NCBI GenBank assembly: GCA_965112735.1
Contig: OZ218964.1
Span: 992,001-1,056,000, forward strand
DNA: 64,000 bases
From: Phaeosaccion multiseriatum
Taxonomy: Eukaryota; Protista; Ochrophyta, other classes
Direction of reading: 5' to 3'
Positions within the stretch are counted from its first letter, which is position 1. Every line of letters starts with the position of its first letter. The position numbers were made by a program, and so were the translations under genes. The notes under the pieces are model-generated. The model saw only the letters and a list, made by a program, of their open reading frames with translations. It did not search any database and was not told the DNA's origin. Below are positions 50,731 to 62,516 of this stretch, one piece after another.

Positions 50731-51447
50731 CCCGAGCGAGACCCCCACAAGAAGCGCTGCGGCCTGTTTTCCTGGCCGGCGTCAGCCAGACAGCCTGTTT
50801 CCTGTCTCTGGGCGGCACCAGCTGGCAGCTGGCCTGTTTGCTCTCGGGGGGGGGGGGGGAGGCCGGCGCCAGTCCTTTATCCGAAACCTTCTTCAGTTTC
50901 GTTTCCAAAGGTGGACACACCCGAAACTTCAGCCCCATGCACGCCTAGTAGGCCTATTGGGAAAATTGCAGTCGCTTATCCGCGCTGGCCCAACGAAACC
51001 TTTCACCCGAAAGGGCTCTTACGTAGCTTTACGTACTCCAAACCTCATTCCATGCCTGCCCATTCATGAGGCGCCAGGAAAAGTAAGCTGACAACCCACG
51101 ACAGCGAGCGAAGGCATAGCCGGATGATAAGATCCTGCTGCCTCTCGTCATAACCTGTCCAGCATCGGCCAGCTGACTGCTCTGCTCGGCGAGACCAAGA
51201 GGAAACGTGGCCGGAAAAAAGGCTAGCGTCGAGGGAAGAAGAAGCCTATTGCAGGCTCTCTTTTACCACCATGTCCTCTTGATCTCCCATTTGAGCTTCA
51301 CTGACTCGTAGTGCTGTGTTCTTCAGCGGCAGCACGATGGATAAGGGGATCCTCTCCCCGAGAGGCGAAAAATAGTAACCCCCCTGTGCAAGACGAAAGA
51401 GGAAGGCAGGAGGAAGGCAGTAGCGCAGCAGCAACGACAGCAGCACC

Positions 51448-52420
51448 ATGTTGATCATTCTGGTGGCTGGGGGTCTGTATCTCTACATCATGATTGGCGT
51501 CATGCCAGTGCTACGATCTGGGGTGCTTCCTTTGCCAAGGCCGGAGCCAGAGGCCTCAGTCCTGGCGATCGCCTGGTTATGGGTCAAGTTTGTCGCCTAT
51601 GCAGGTAAGTAAGAAGGAAGAAGGAAGGGAAGTGGGACGACGCATTTGGTGCGAAGGAATCGATTCAAGGGAGCAAGCACGACACGGAGAGCACCTTGCT
51701 CTGCAGATTAACGACCTTCCCCCCCCCCCTTCCCCCCAACTCGCACAAGTCTCCCTACTAGACACGAGAAGCCTTCTTATCCCATACCGCACCCATCCCA
51801 CGTCTCCGTATGCACTACTTTCCCCCATACCTTCCACTGCTTGTTAGTCTTGGCGGCCCCATGGGTGTCAGTGGGGAAGCTTGAAGTCGTGCCGGAGTTC
51901 CCGCGGCATGAGGTGTCCAACGACAAGCTCAGAGGCCTATCCAGAAAGCTGTCTGTGGTGTACTCACCGCCCCACATGAGGTGTGCTCTTGACCATCATC
52001 ATCGTGATGGTGGTAAGGGTGCTGGACGGCACCACCGCCATCATGTCCGCGGGCACCAACAGCATCCCGGCTTGTACCAGCAGCGGCAGGGGCTTGGCCT
52101 GGGTCCGGAGGCGAACGCGAAAGGGAAGGAGAAGGACGACGGGGAGGAGGACAAGGAGGAGGAGGGAGAGATGCGACAGGGGCGGTCCTCTTCATCAATG
52201 TCACCCAAGAGAGAGCGAGGAGGGGCGAATCCATTCTCTGTGGCCCTGCCCCCCTCCCTGTGCCGGCCGGTCAGGATGGTGCGGGTGGAGAGTGCGCCGG
52301 CGGGATTGGGAGGCATCGAGGATGAGCTGAAGAGGGGCCTCATGGGAGTGCTCTCCTCGGATGATGATGTTGACGACGATGACGAGGAGGGCGAGGAGGG
52401 CGAGGGTTTCCATTATGATG

Positions 52421-52466
<46 letters not shown>

Positions 52467-54703
52467 GAAGGAAGACGCTGAGGAAGAGGACCACCTTGTC
52501 GGTGCTGTTATCGGAGGAGATGGCAGATTTGCGTCGCCAGAAGAGCTTGTGGTAAGTCCCCACCAAGGAGAAGGAGGAGACCCAGAGGGTGTCTCAGCAG
52601 CAGTACCGACAGTGGTGAGGAGGGTTGTAAGAGGAGCGGCGATGGGGGCAGATGGGAGCCTGGGAGGTGTCACAGAGACAGACAGCCCCGCCTACTTTAT
52701 CCGGACCTCCAGCACCTCCAGCACCAACAGCACGGCAAGCACTGCGAGTACGGCGAGTATTGCGAGCACCAGCAGCAGCGTGAGCAGCGGGAGCACCGGC
52801 GGCAAACACCGGCCCCACCCCTCCACTAAGAGCAGTGCCATCCATGATGAGTGCAAGAGGTTGGCCAAAAAGTGCTCTGTAGAGGCGTCTGGCTTCAGCA
52901 GCAGCAGCAGCGGTGGCTGTCTCACCCCGATATCTGCCTGCAGCAGCGCCAGCAGCAGCTCCAGTCACACCCCCAGCGCCTCTCCTCACGCCGCAGCCAC
53001 AGCAGCAGGGCTCCGTCGTGGTGGTGGTGGTGGTGATGGTGGTGGTGGTGGTGGTGATGGTGGTGGTGGTGGTGGTGGTGGTGGTGGTGGTGGTGGTGGT
53101 GGTGGTGGTGGTGGTGGTGCAAGCAGGGGCGGCGGCGGTGGGCCAAGGCGGAAGCGGCGTGGAAGGTCGCGGGTGCTCAGGGATAGAGGGGCAATGAGTC
53201 TCGGGGCCGGTCAGGGGAAGCTCCTGCGGCGGTCGCTACTGGGATCCCTTCCGGGACCGCCCTCTCGGAGGAAGCTTACGGTGGTGCTGGATCTGGACGA
53301 GTGTCTGGTTCATACCAAGTTCAACATCCGGGGGGTGACGGATAAGGTTCACAGCTACCGGCAGATTGAGGGCCGGCCCGACGACGTGCAGCAAGTCAAC
53401 AGCTTTGAGATTGACATTGAAGACGGCAGTACCGGCACGGTCAACACACGCCCAGGCCTCATGCACTTCCTCGCAGAGGTGAGCGCTGACTACCACGTCG
53501 TCGCCTTTACTGCGGGCACAGAGGCGTATGCCAGCAAGGTCCTGGACCAGATCGATCCAAAGCATGAGCTCTTCCATGCCCGATTGTACCGGGACTCATG
53601 TGTCGAAGCCAAGCCGGGCATCTTTTTGAAGGATCTCGTCAATGCGATTCGAACCCTTGAAGGCGGGTGCAACCTATGCAAGGCACAGGACCAGCGCGCC
53701 CTTCAAAGCCGCGAGCGTGCTCAGGGGCTGGTGACCTTCCTCCCCGGTACCCGCTCGTCCTCGTCGCTGTCCTTCATCAAGAACCACGCTCCCGCTGCAG
53801 CTGAACAACCATCGCCTGACCTTGCTGCCGCGCTGGCGGGGGCGAGGGCCGAGATTGGTGAAGAGGTAAGACTAGGATAGCAGACCACGCCACAGGGCAG
53901 GGAGGGTGGAGGGCCAGGGGAAGTAGGAAGCTGCCCACCCATCTAATCTAACGCGCTCTTTCATATCTCCGAGGAAGGAGAGATGCTGGCCGTTCTACGC
54001 AAGTCGTTGACTTGCCTCTTACCATCATCCTCCTCCTCTTCTTCTGTCTTGCCCTTCTCTGTCCCTTCTCCTCAGGCCTGTTCTGCACACAGTACGCACG
54101 CTCATTCTCTCTCACCGAACCGGGACAATCAGCCCGACCACACCAACAACAACACCAACGCCCGAGGGTGGGACGAGATGGACAGCATTCTGGCGCGAAC
54201 AGTGTTGGTGGACAACAGCCCACTCTCCTTTGTCATGCAGCCCAACAACGGAGTGCTGGTGAGCAACTGGTACGACGATGCCTCGGACGAAGCACTGGAC
54301 CCTGTGCTGCGAATCATTCGCCGTGTGGATGAGCTCGAAGACGTGCGCCCCGCGCTCAAGGCCCTGTTCGGTCTCGAAGAGATTCTCAAAGACTTTTCCA
54401 AGTATGTGGAGAAAGGCGTGGAGCAGCATCGCCTCAAGAGCGGGGCCTCAGGGGGGGGGGGAGCAGGGGCGGGGGCAGCGTGGGCCGCGCCCGCACCTGC
54501 TCTTGTTGCAGAGTCTCTACAGCAGCCCGTTCTTGGTGTGGTGGCGTCTGCTGCTGCTACTACTACAGACGCCGTCACCGGTAGTAGCATGGTGAAGGCA
54601 CAGTCTTTGGACAGCGCAGCACCAGCATCACCACCTGCAGCAGCACAAGCGACTGCTGAGGGCGCTCTCTCCGCAGCCGCTATGGAAGACGAGCGAAGCA
54701 GCG

Positions 54704-54750
<47 letters not shown>

Positions 54751-55111
54751 GAAGGTAGGGAAGGGGCGGAAAGAGGGGCGGTGCGATCAGCGGCGGTGCG
54801 GGCGATGGCCACCGCTGTGGCACAGGAGGAGCTGCTAGACGCCTTGATGCTCGAACCTCCTGCCGCCGCTGAATCACCAACTGCTGCTGCAGATAGGGAC
54901 GATGGCGAGTCCTGGGGCGAGAGTCCTGTGATGCACCACAGGGAAGTGGCGAGTGGTGCCACACCAAGCTTCATGCCGAGGGGGGATGGGGGAGGGGATA
55001 TGGAGGCGCCGTGCGTGCCCTGTGTGCTCAGCGCGGCCGCCCAGGCACTGCAGCAGCTCGGGCCCGCTGGTGATGGGGAAGAGGAGGGAGACTGCCGCAG
55101 CATCAACAACG

Positions 55112-55144
<33 letters not shown>

Positions 55145-56195
55145 TGAGCAACAGCAACAACACTAGCAGCAACAGCTCCATCATCACCGCCACCCCCACC
55201 AAGGACAACAGCAGCAGGAGGAGCCGGAGTGGCAGATTGTTGTCGCTACCCCCTTATGAGAAGACACCTTACGAGATTGAGACCCCCAACGTCGGAGAGA
55301 TTGTCTCTCTGGAAAGTGCTTTACAAACGGCGGTTTCGTTTCGCATCGAGTCTCCCTCCCGCAGAGGCAGTCAGAGCTCCATGTCGCTGTCGCGCCATAG
55401 CAGCGGTCGCGGCTCGGGTAGTGTGTCGGGAGGTCTCTTCGGGAGCAGAGTCTCGGGTCGACTGGGCATGGGAGGAAGTGGAAGTGGTGGTCGTTTGAGT
55501 CGGTCTCGCTCTCCCTCAACATCTTCTGGAAGCTTGCGGCGCTCCCTGCGTCTGAGTAGAGAGTGCCGAAGGTCCTCCGGAGGTGTAGGGTGGTCCTCTG
55601 GTGCCTTGAGCATAACATCTGCCTCCTCCAGAGGGACCGGCGTCAGTGTGAGTCGGAGTCACTCCTCCTCGCGTCGTCTCAGTGGTAGCGTGGCCCGGAG
55701 AGTGCGGCGGAGTAGTGGAGGGAGTATCGTTTCCAGAGGAGAAGGCAGCGACAGTCGGTCGAGGAGGACCAGCGGCAGTTCCAGCACGGGCGGGAGGACA
55801 ATGTCGAGGGTGTCGAGCTATTCCAGCGTCGGGAGCTGGAAACCAGACGACTTGAGTGACGGGGAGGACGGAGGGCCTACGCCACTCATGACGCCAGACG
55901 GGAGCAATCAAGGGTCTTTCAGCGTAAGGGCGGGAGCGGGAGCAGGGGATTGGGGAGGGGGGGGGGGGTGTCTATGTATCAGAGTGCCAGGCGGCGCATG
56001 CGAGGCTTGTGCCCTTCAGAAGGAAGAGGAGGAAGAGGAGGAGGGGAGGGAGCAGATGGCGAGTACGAGGCGGAGGAGCAGCAAGAGGGCGGCGGGTCTG
56101 GAGAGGAGGACGACAACGACCACCCACTTACACCTCGCCTATCACCAATTGCAGCCACTCCGAGGAGGATTAGAGCCTTTTTCGATGCCAATGAG

Positions 56196-56227
<32 letters not shown>

Positions 56228-56405
56228 GGAGGAGGAGGAGGAGGAGGAGGAGGAGGAGGAGGAGATTGTGGAGGAGAGAGATGACCATAACGTGGTGAGT
56301 GATGAGGACAGCAGCCTTGTGGGCGGCCCAGGCCCTCTGCTTGTTGTGAAGCCGAGGGGAGACGAGCACACGCACAGCATCAGGCAGTGGCTCAACGAGG
56401 GCTGA
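51448..56405 (+). CDS. FCP1/SCP (NIF-domain, CTD small phosphatase-like) HAD phosphatase with N-terminal hydrophobic anchor and long disordered flanks
   Basis: Exons 51448-51604, 51848-53865, then 54076 (or 54133) to the end. Motifs LTVVLDLDECLVH, TRPGLMHFL, FTAG...YASKVLDQIDP, RLYRDSC, KDL, RTVLVDNSPLSFVMQPNNG...W.DD..DEAL. As assembled the frame stops at 56298, but a more natural C-terminus lies in the -1 frame ending at 56405 (G12 run at 55957-55968). Confidence 0.85.
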
Positions 56406-56495
56406 GAGGTTCACAACAAGGGCTGTTAACGTGACGCTTCGATTAATGACTTAATTTATTTAAAGCTACTCAACCCCCCCCCCCGTTTATATCCA

Positions 56496-59356
56496 TCACG
56501 TTGGCTCAACTGGCTCTGCTACCGATGTCTCCTTCGCCCCGTCTTCTTCGCCCACTCCTGTCTCCTCGGTAGCGGCAGAAGGGGGTTCATCAGCGCTTCC
56601 TGTATCACCAACTGTTTCTGATGATGCGTCTGCCTCTGATCCTGCTGGTGCTGCTCCGCCCTCTGCTGCTGCTTCTTTTCCCTCGTCTACCGCTGCTCCC
56701 CCTGCTGCTACTGCCACCTCGGGAGCGGCGGGTGGGGCAGCTTTCGCAACCCTCTTCTTGGCGATGGTGCGCGGCCTTCTCTTGTGCGAGATGGTCGCTC
56801 TGGAGAGATTATCGTGGACCAGAGACTTGTCCCCTCCCTGCGGGGCCCCTGCTTCACCATCCCCGCTCTTCTCCGCCTGCCCTCCTTCGCCTCCTCCTCC
56901 TCCTCCTCCTCCTCCTCCCTCCCCCCCTCCCCTCTCTTCTAGCTCTTTTCGCACCGGAGCCGCCGCTGGTACTGCTGCTGCTGCTGCTGCCGCTTCCGCT
57001 TTGCGTGCTTTCAGCGCAGCAAGACCCCCCGAGGGAAGGGCCATGCCCGGCAAAGGCATCGCGCCACGCGGCGACATGCCAGGCATTCCCACAGCTCCCA
57101 TTCTCGCTAGCTTCTCTTGAATGGAGCCGCTGCCCCCCCCACCTCCTTCTCCTTGCTCACTGTTGCTGCTGCTGCTTACCGAGCTCTGCCTACTCACGCT
57201 CGGTGGGCGAGGCGGCCCACCACCCCCACCTTTTAATTAATGTGTGTTTGTGTGTGTGTATGGTGTTGTTGGGTTGAGAGGGAAGAGAGAACAGGGCATG
57301 GGGCGGGGGGGCGTTACACAGGGGTTCCGTTCACATCAGAGTCAAAACGCAATGAGGAAGAATCGACTGACGGAGGCGATCGTATCCATAGGAATGAAGC
57401 GCCTTCTCCACCCCCTGGCCGGGGCCTTTGCTTTACCCCTCTACCCACCCGAAGAGAAAGGACCTGCCACTCCAGCCGCTGGAGGAGCAGCCATAGGGGG
57501 TGAAGGGTCTGAGTCGGACTCAGCAACGCCGCTGTCATCCATGGCGGAAGCGCCGAATGTCGTCCCCCCCGGGGGTGTCTCTGGCCCCGCTCCCTGTCCC
57601 TGTGTGTGCGTGTGCGTGCTGACTTGCTCCTGCAGCATGTTGAGGCGTGCGGCAAGGCCTGGTGACATCGCTCGTTTCATGCTGGTGGGCCGGCTGTTGG
57701 CTCTGGGAGAGTGGTGCGTGTGTGGGTAGAGTTTTAACAAGAAGGAAGACCACGAGGGAGCGGGTTTGTGACATCAGCGGCATGAAGAGGCGACGGCAGC
57801 ATAGCCAAGAAGCAGCGACCATGGGAAGAGAAAGGAGGTAGGCACACATAAAGGTAGTCAGACAGGCAGAGACGTATGGGCCTGGGCGCGAGAGGAAAGA
57901 CGCACTAGCGAGGTGAGGGGGAGGAGGCAACTTCAATTTGCAGAGCGTGTACCTGCTGCCACTTGCGGAAGGGGCGGGGTTGATCTCCTCCGCACTACCA
58001 CCCGTGGGCAGTACACCTCGGCCAGAGTTGAACGGCGACGAGGAGTCCAGCCGAGGGGGTTTGCTTCGCTGCTGTTGCTGCTGCTGCTCCTGCTGCTGCT
58101 GGCCCTGCTCGGTAGCAGCCTGCAGTTTACTCAGGCGGGCTGCCAGGCCCGGTGAGACACCTCGCTTGATGCTTGTTGGACGACTGTTGGGGCTGGAGAT
58201 GAGACGTTAAGGGAGGTGGAAACAGGGAGGGAGGGGAGGGGGGGGGGGCACGGTGACGGGGTGGGACAACGTCGTCGAGACACGGCACGCAAGCCAAACA
58301 TGGGGCCAGAGAGAAAGCAAAGCACATTCAATACGTACATGCTGCCGGGCGCGGAGGCTTCGCCCGAGGAGAAAGACGTGGATGAGTTTAACGAAGCGAT
58401 CTGCTGCTTGATGCTCGAAGACACCGTCATGCAGCCAGCTCCAGCTGTGGCGGGTGGTGATACCGCTGCTTCTTCTTTTGCTTCTGCTCCTCCTGCTGCT
58501 CCTCCTCCTTCCGACGGTGTGTCGGTCGCCCCTCCATTCACGCTCGCTCCACCATCGTCTTCTACGTCTCGATGGGTTGGAGCAGGCGTCGTGGGTACTG
58601 GGCTCGGGGGCACTAGGCTCGGATTGGGAGAAGAGCTTGCATCTCCGCTGCTACTGCTCGTGCTCCTTTTGGGAGGTGTCAGTGGCTCTGGTGGGGGGGG
58701 GGGGTTCTCTCCTCCTTCTTCTTGTGTGGTCTCTGACGATTCAGGTGTTGGTGTTGGCGTTGCTACTGGTGCCGCGTGTGGTGGAGGACTTGGCGCAGAC
58801 ACCTTTGCTGCTGATGCTGCTCCTCCTCCTCCTCCTCCTTGAAAGGCCGCCATTCGAGCGGCAATCCCACCACCACCGGGCGTGCGCGGTTCTGGCACGG
58901 AGGGTGTGTTCTCTTCTCCTTCTTGTGTGGTCTCTGGCGATGCAGGTGTTGGTATTGGCGTTGCTACGGGTACTGGCCTTGATGCTGGACTTGGCACAGA
59001 TGCTTTTGCTGCTGGTTCCACTCCTCCTCCTCCTCCCTGAAAGGCCGCCATTCGCGCTGCAAGCCCACCACCACCGGGTGTGCTTCGTGGAGCCGCCTTT
59101 GGGCTGCTTTTGGGGCTGGGACGATTCAGTAAGACAAAGAGAGGAAGGCAGGGGAGAATCAGGTCCAAGGGTGTCGCGCAACGCGTTCCTCGGACTCAAT
59201 CAAAGCTGGGACTCGAAGCATGCATGTGATGATAATGGGCGAGGAACCGATTCTCCCCTGACAAGTCTCTTACCTAAATGATGAGCCTTCAGAAGACTTT
59301 TTCAGCGCCGCCATCCTCTCCTTGATGGTCATGGGCTTGGCCTCATCTTCAGTCAT
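56496..59356 (-). CDS. Disordered Pro/Ser/Ala-rich protein with repeated short amphipathic motifs and a capping-protein-interaction (CPI)-like motif; putative actin regulator
   Basis: Exons 59356-59274, 59115-58339, 58192-57953, 57702-57449, 57229-56496 (phases 2/2/2/1 consistent). Repeats TIKERMAAL, GLAARMAAF, GIAARMAAF, SIKQQIASL, GLAARLSKL, GLAARLNML, SIQEKLARM; LVHDNLSRATISHKRRPRT near the C-terminus. Confidence 0.7.
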
Positions 59357-59488
59357 GGTGAAACCCTTCTTCAGCAAAGCTTGGAAGGTGAACAACAATT
59401 GGAGCGAAGAAAAGGGAGGCGCCCGGGCACTCCCGTTGACTTACTGTGGATGCTCCTCCCGCCCCCCCAAAACTTATCCTACACCCCC

Positions 59489-60481
59489 ATGAGATTTCGA
59501 CTGTACTGGACGGCGACTGCTGCAATTGCACTGCAGGGATCGGTACCGAAGGTGGAGGCTGGTGCCTCCGCCCTTCCTGCCTATGCTGACTTCGCAGTGG
59601 CAGGGCTGAGTGGAATGTACGTACAAACTGTGTTGGGGTGGCACTTCTAGTCCAATGCCATGACGCCAACCCTCCTCCTCCCTTCTCGGCTTGCTCTTCC
59701 TCAGGACAGCATGGTTAGCGATTCATCCTGGGGATGTCGTCAAGACGAGGATGCAAATGGGTAGCAGTGGCGTACAAGGACCTAGTCCCCTTCAAATGGC
59801 CTCGAAGATCCTCCACGACGAAGGCGCCCAGGGCCTGTACCAAGGACTCAGCGCAGCCTTAGCGCGGCAAGCCTGTTACACCACTCTTAGACTAGGATTG
59901 TACGACGTCATGGCCAAGCACGTAAGTCCTACCCGTCTCTCCCCTTGATGCCCTGGTTCATCCTGCATGTGCTCCCAATCCCCCTATGCACAACTCCTAA
60001 GGCCCCCCGTTCTTCGCGGCCGTTGCTCAGGTGCTCGCCTCTTTGAAGGACCGGAACTTGACTTCCGGGGAAAGTGCGGCCATTCGGCTCTTGGTCGCAG
60101 TCTCCTCGGGAGCAGTGGCAGCCTTCATCAACTGCCCCATAGAGGTCAGTGCTGGCGGACAAGTAAACTAAAGAGAGGAGGGATGGGGGTGGTAATTTCT
60201 CGCCGCTTCTGTCGTCTCTATCGGCCTCATCTCTTCTGCTCCGCGCTCCTGCCGCTCTCTCTCTCTCTGAAACCGCCGCCTTGCATGCACTGCCCGTGGT
60301 GGTGACACTCCTCCCCACAGGTGTGCCTGGTGCGAATGCAAGTGGATGGCCGCCTCCCCACAGCGCAGAGACGTAACTACCGCCACGTCGGGCACGCTCT
60401 GGTTTCCATCGCTAGACAAGAAGGTAGGTGTAGAGAGTGCAAGCGGTGTTAGTGGTGGTAGTAGTAGTAGTAGTAGTAGAA

Positions 60482-60546
<65 letters not shown>

Positions 60547-61806
60547 AGAGAGCGAACTGTGTGGACGTCGAGATGCGTATTCCTGCTCCTCCCGCTCTCT
60601 CAACCCCCTAACCTTCTTCTCCTCTGAATATGTATATATAACCATGTATATATAATGTATGTATTATCATGTAGGCATCCTGTCGTATTGGACAGGTGCC
60701 AGTATCACTGTGATAAGGGCGATGGTGGTGAGCGTTACGCAAATCGCCACCTACGACCAAGCCAAGGCCCTCCTGAGCACCGAGCTCCAGGGCTTCTCTC
60801 TGCACCTGGCAGCGGTGAGTGAGTGAGTGAGTGAGTGAGTGAATGCGTAAGTGAGTGAGTGAGTGAGTGAGTGAGTGAGTGAGTGAGTGAGTGAGTGAGT
60901 GCCTGACTGACTGACTGACTGACTGACTGAGTGACTGAGTGACTGAGTGAGTGAGTGAGTGAGTGAGTGAGTGAGTGAGTGGGTGGGTGAGTGAGTGAGT
61001 GAGTGAGTGAGTGGGTGGGTGGGTGAGTGGGTGGGTGGGTGAGTGGGCGGGTGAGTGGGTGGGTGAGTGGGTGAGTGGGTGAGTGAGTGAGTGAGTGGGT
61101 GAGTGCGTAAATGAAAAGGTGTGTGATTGGGTGAGTGAGTGGGTGAGTGGGTGAGTGAGTGAGTGGGCGAGTGCGTAAGTGAATAGGTGAGTGAGTCAGT
61201 GAGTGAGTGAGTGAGCCTGCCTGCCAGCCCTGTCCTCATGCTGTTCTCGCCACCCATGTGTCTTGTTAGATTGACGGGTGTTTGTGTGTCGGAGGGAGGA
61301 GGAGGGGCGGAGGTGCTGTGTGAGGCTTGCCGGGTGCGTTACGTCACACCCTCTTACTTCGTAGTACACTCTTTCATTGGGTGGACGATTTAATTCCCTC
61401 TCGCTGGCTGTGCACCCCTCCCCTCTCGCCCCCCCTCCCCCCTGCTACTCTTGCCTGCCCTCCCTCCCTTCCTCCTTGTGTGTCGCGGCCATCCCCCTTA
61501 TTCCCCCAGGGCCTCATTGCAGCCCTCACCTTCACCGCTCTATCCATGCCCTTTGACACGGTCAAATCGCGCATTCAGGCCAGCAGCAGCAGCAGCAGTA
61601 AGGCCGCAGCGACGACTAATCCGCCTCAGGGCATCATCGGCACCTTCCACTCCATCGTCAGGAACGAAGGTGTGACGCAGCTGTGGTCAGGATACCTTCC
61701 TTACCTTGTGGCCAAGGGGGTCTTGACCGTGTTACTCTTCCTCATCAAAGAGCAGTACACAATGCTGGCGGAGCACCTACTGGTCCCTGCTGTTAACAGG
61801 GTGTAG
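59489..61806 (+). CDS. Mitochondrial carrier family (SLC25) protein, oxoglutarate/dicarboxylate-carrier-like
   Basis: Exons 59489 (or 59450)-59616, 59705-59921, 60031-60144, 60321-60423, 60675-60814, 61510-61806. Three signature motifs: PGDVVKTRMQ, PIEVCLVRMQ, PFDTVKSRIQ. RQACYTTLRLG, DGRLPTAQRRNY and RAMVV are typical of OGC/DIC carriers. Confidence 0.92.
60815..61215. repeat. (GAGT)/(GGGT)n tetranucleotide microsatellite, intronic
   Basis: Directly visible; begins at the donor GTGAGT. A (TAG)n tract lies in the preceding intron (~60458-60545). Confidence 0.95.
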
Positions 61807-62516
61807 AGGAACGCGTCTCGCGCGGCTCTCTGGCGTTACGATTCGGTAGCCGCGGCAGAGATGGCACTTGACGGTGCGTACGAAAGGGTACGATACTCCA
61901 CTCACCTTTCGAGCCACATTAGACATTAGTATGCGAGTGTGGCTTCGGGCAACAAGTTACTTTACGGGGTCTAAATAATTCTTGTATATATAGACACACA
62001 AACATCCTTATTTATGCAGGTGGCATACTCTTCGCTATTGCATCGTGAGAAGTTCCTTCTATCGTACCGCAGTGAGGCCGAGAGAGGGAATGAGTTTCAG
62101 CAGGCCAGTGGATGAACAACAAGAACGTACGTCTCGGTGCCTCAAGTCGAGGCCTGGCGGGGGCCTAAATCCGCCCGAGGGTCCTTTCTAGCTCCAGCAT
62201 CTTGGCGGCCTGACCCCTGTCCACCCTTGCATACACCTGGGCTTCAGTCCTGCGCCCTCCCTCCCCTCCCCTTGCCTCTCCCTGGCCTCCGCCATTACCG
62301 TCGCCACCTTCCCCTGCGCCTTCACCTCCTTCACCTTCGCCCTCGCTCTCATTGCTGCGGCTGCTCCTGCTGCTGCTGCTACTACTGCAACTGCTGTAGC
62401 TTCCGCCCTCCCCTTGGCTCAATTGGGAGCTCAGTCTCTGCGGCTGTGCCCACTCGTAGCAAAAGGGTGAAGAGACAGACCCCGAGCCCCCCTCTCCTGC
62501 TCGAAGCGCCCCCCTC

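Noticed and set aside
60751-61257. THSL-repeat ORF
   Set aside because: Antisense translation of an intronic (GAGT)n tract.
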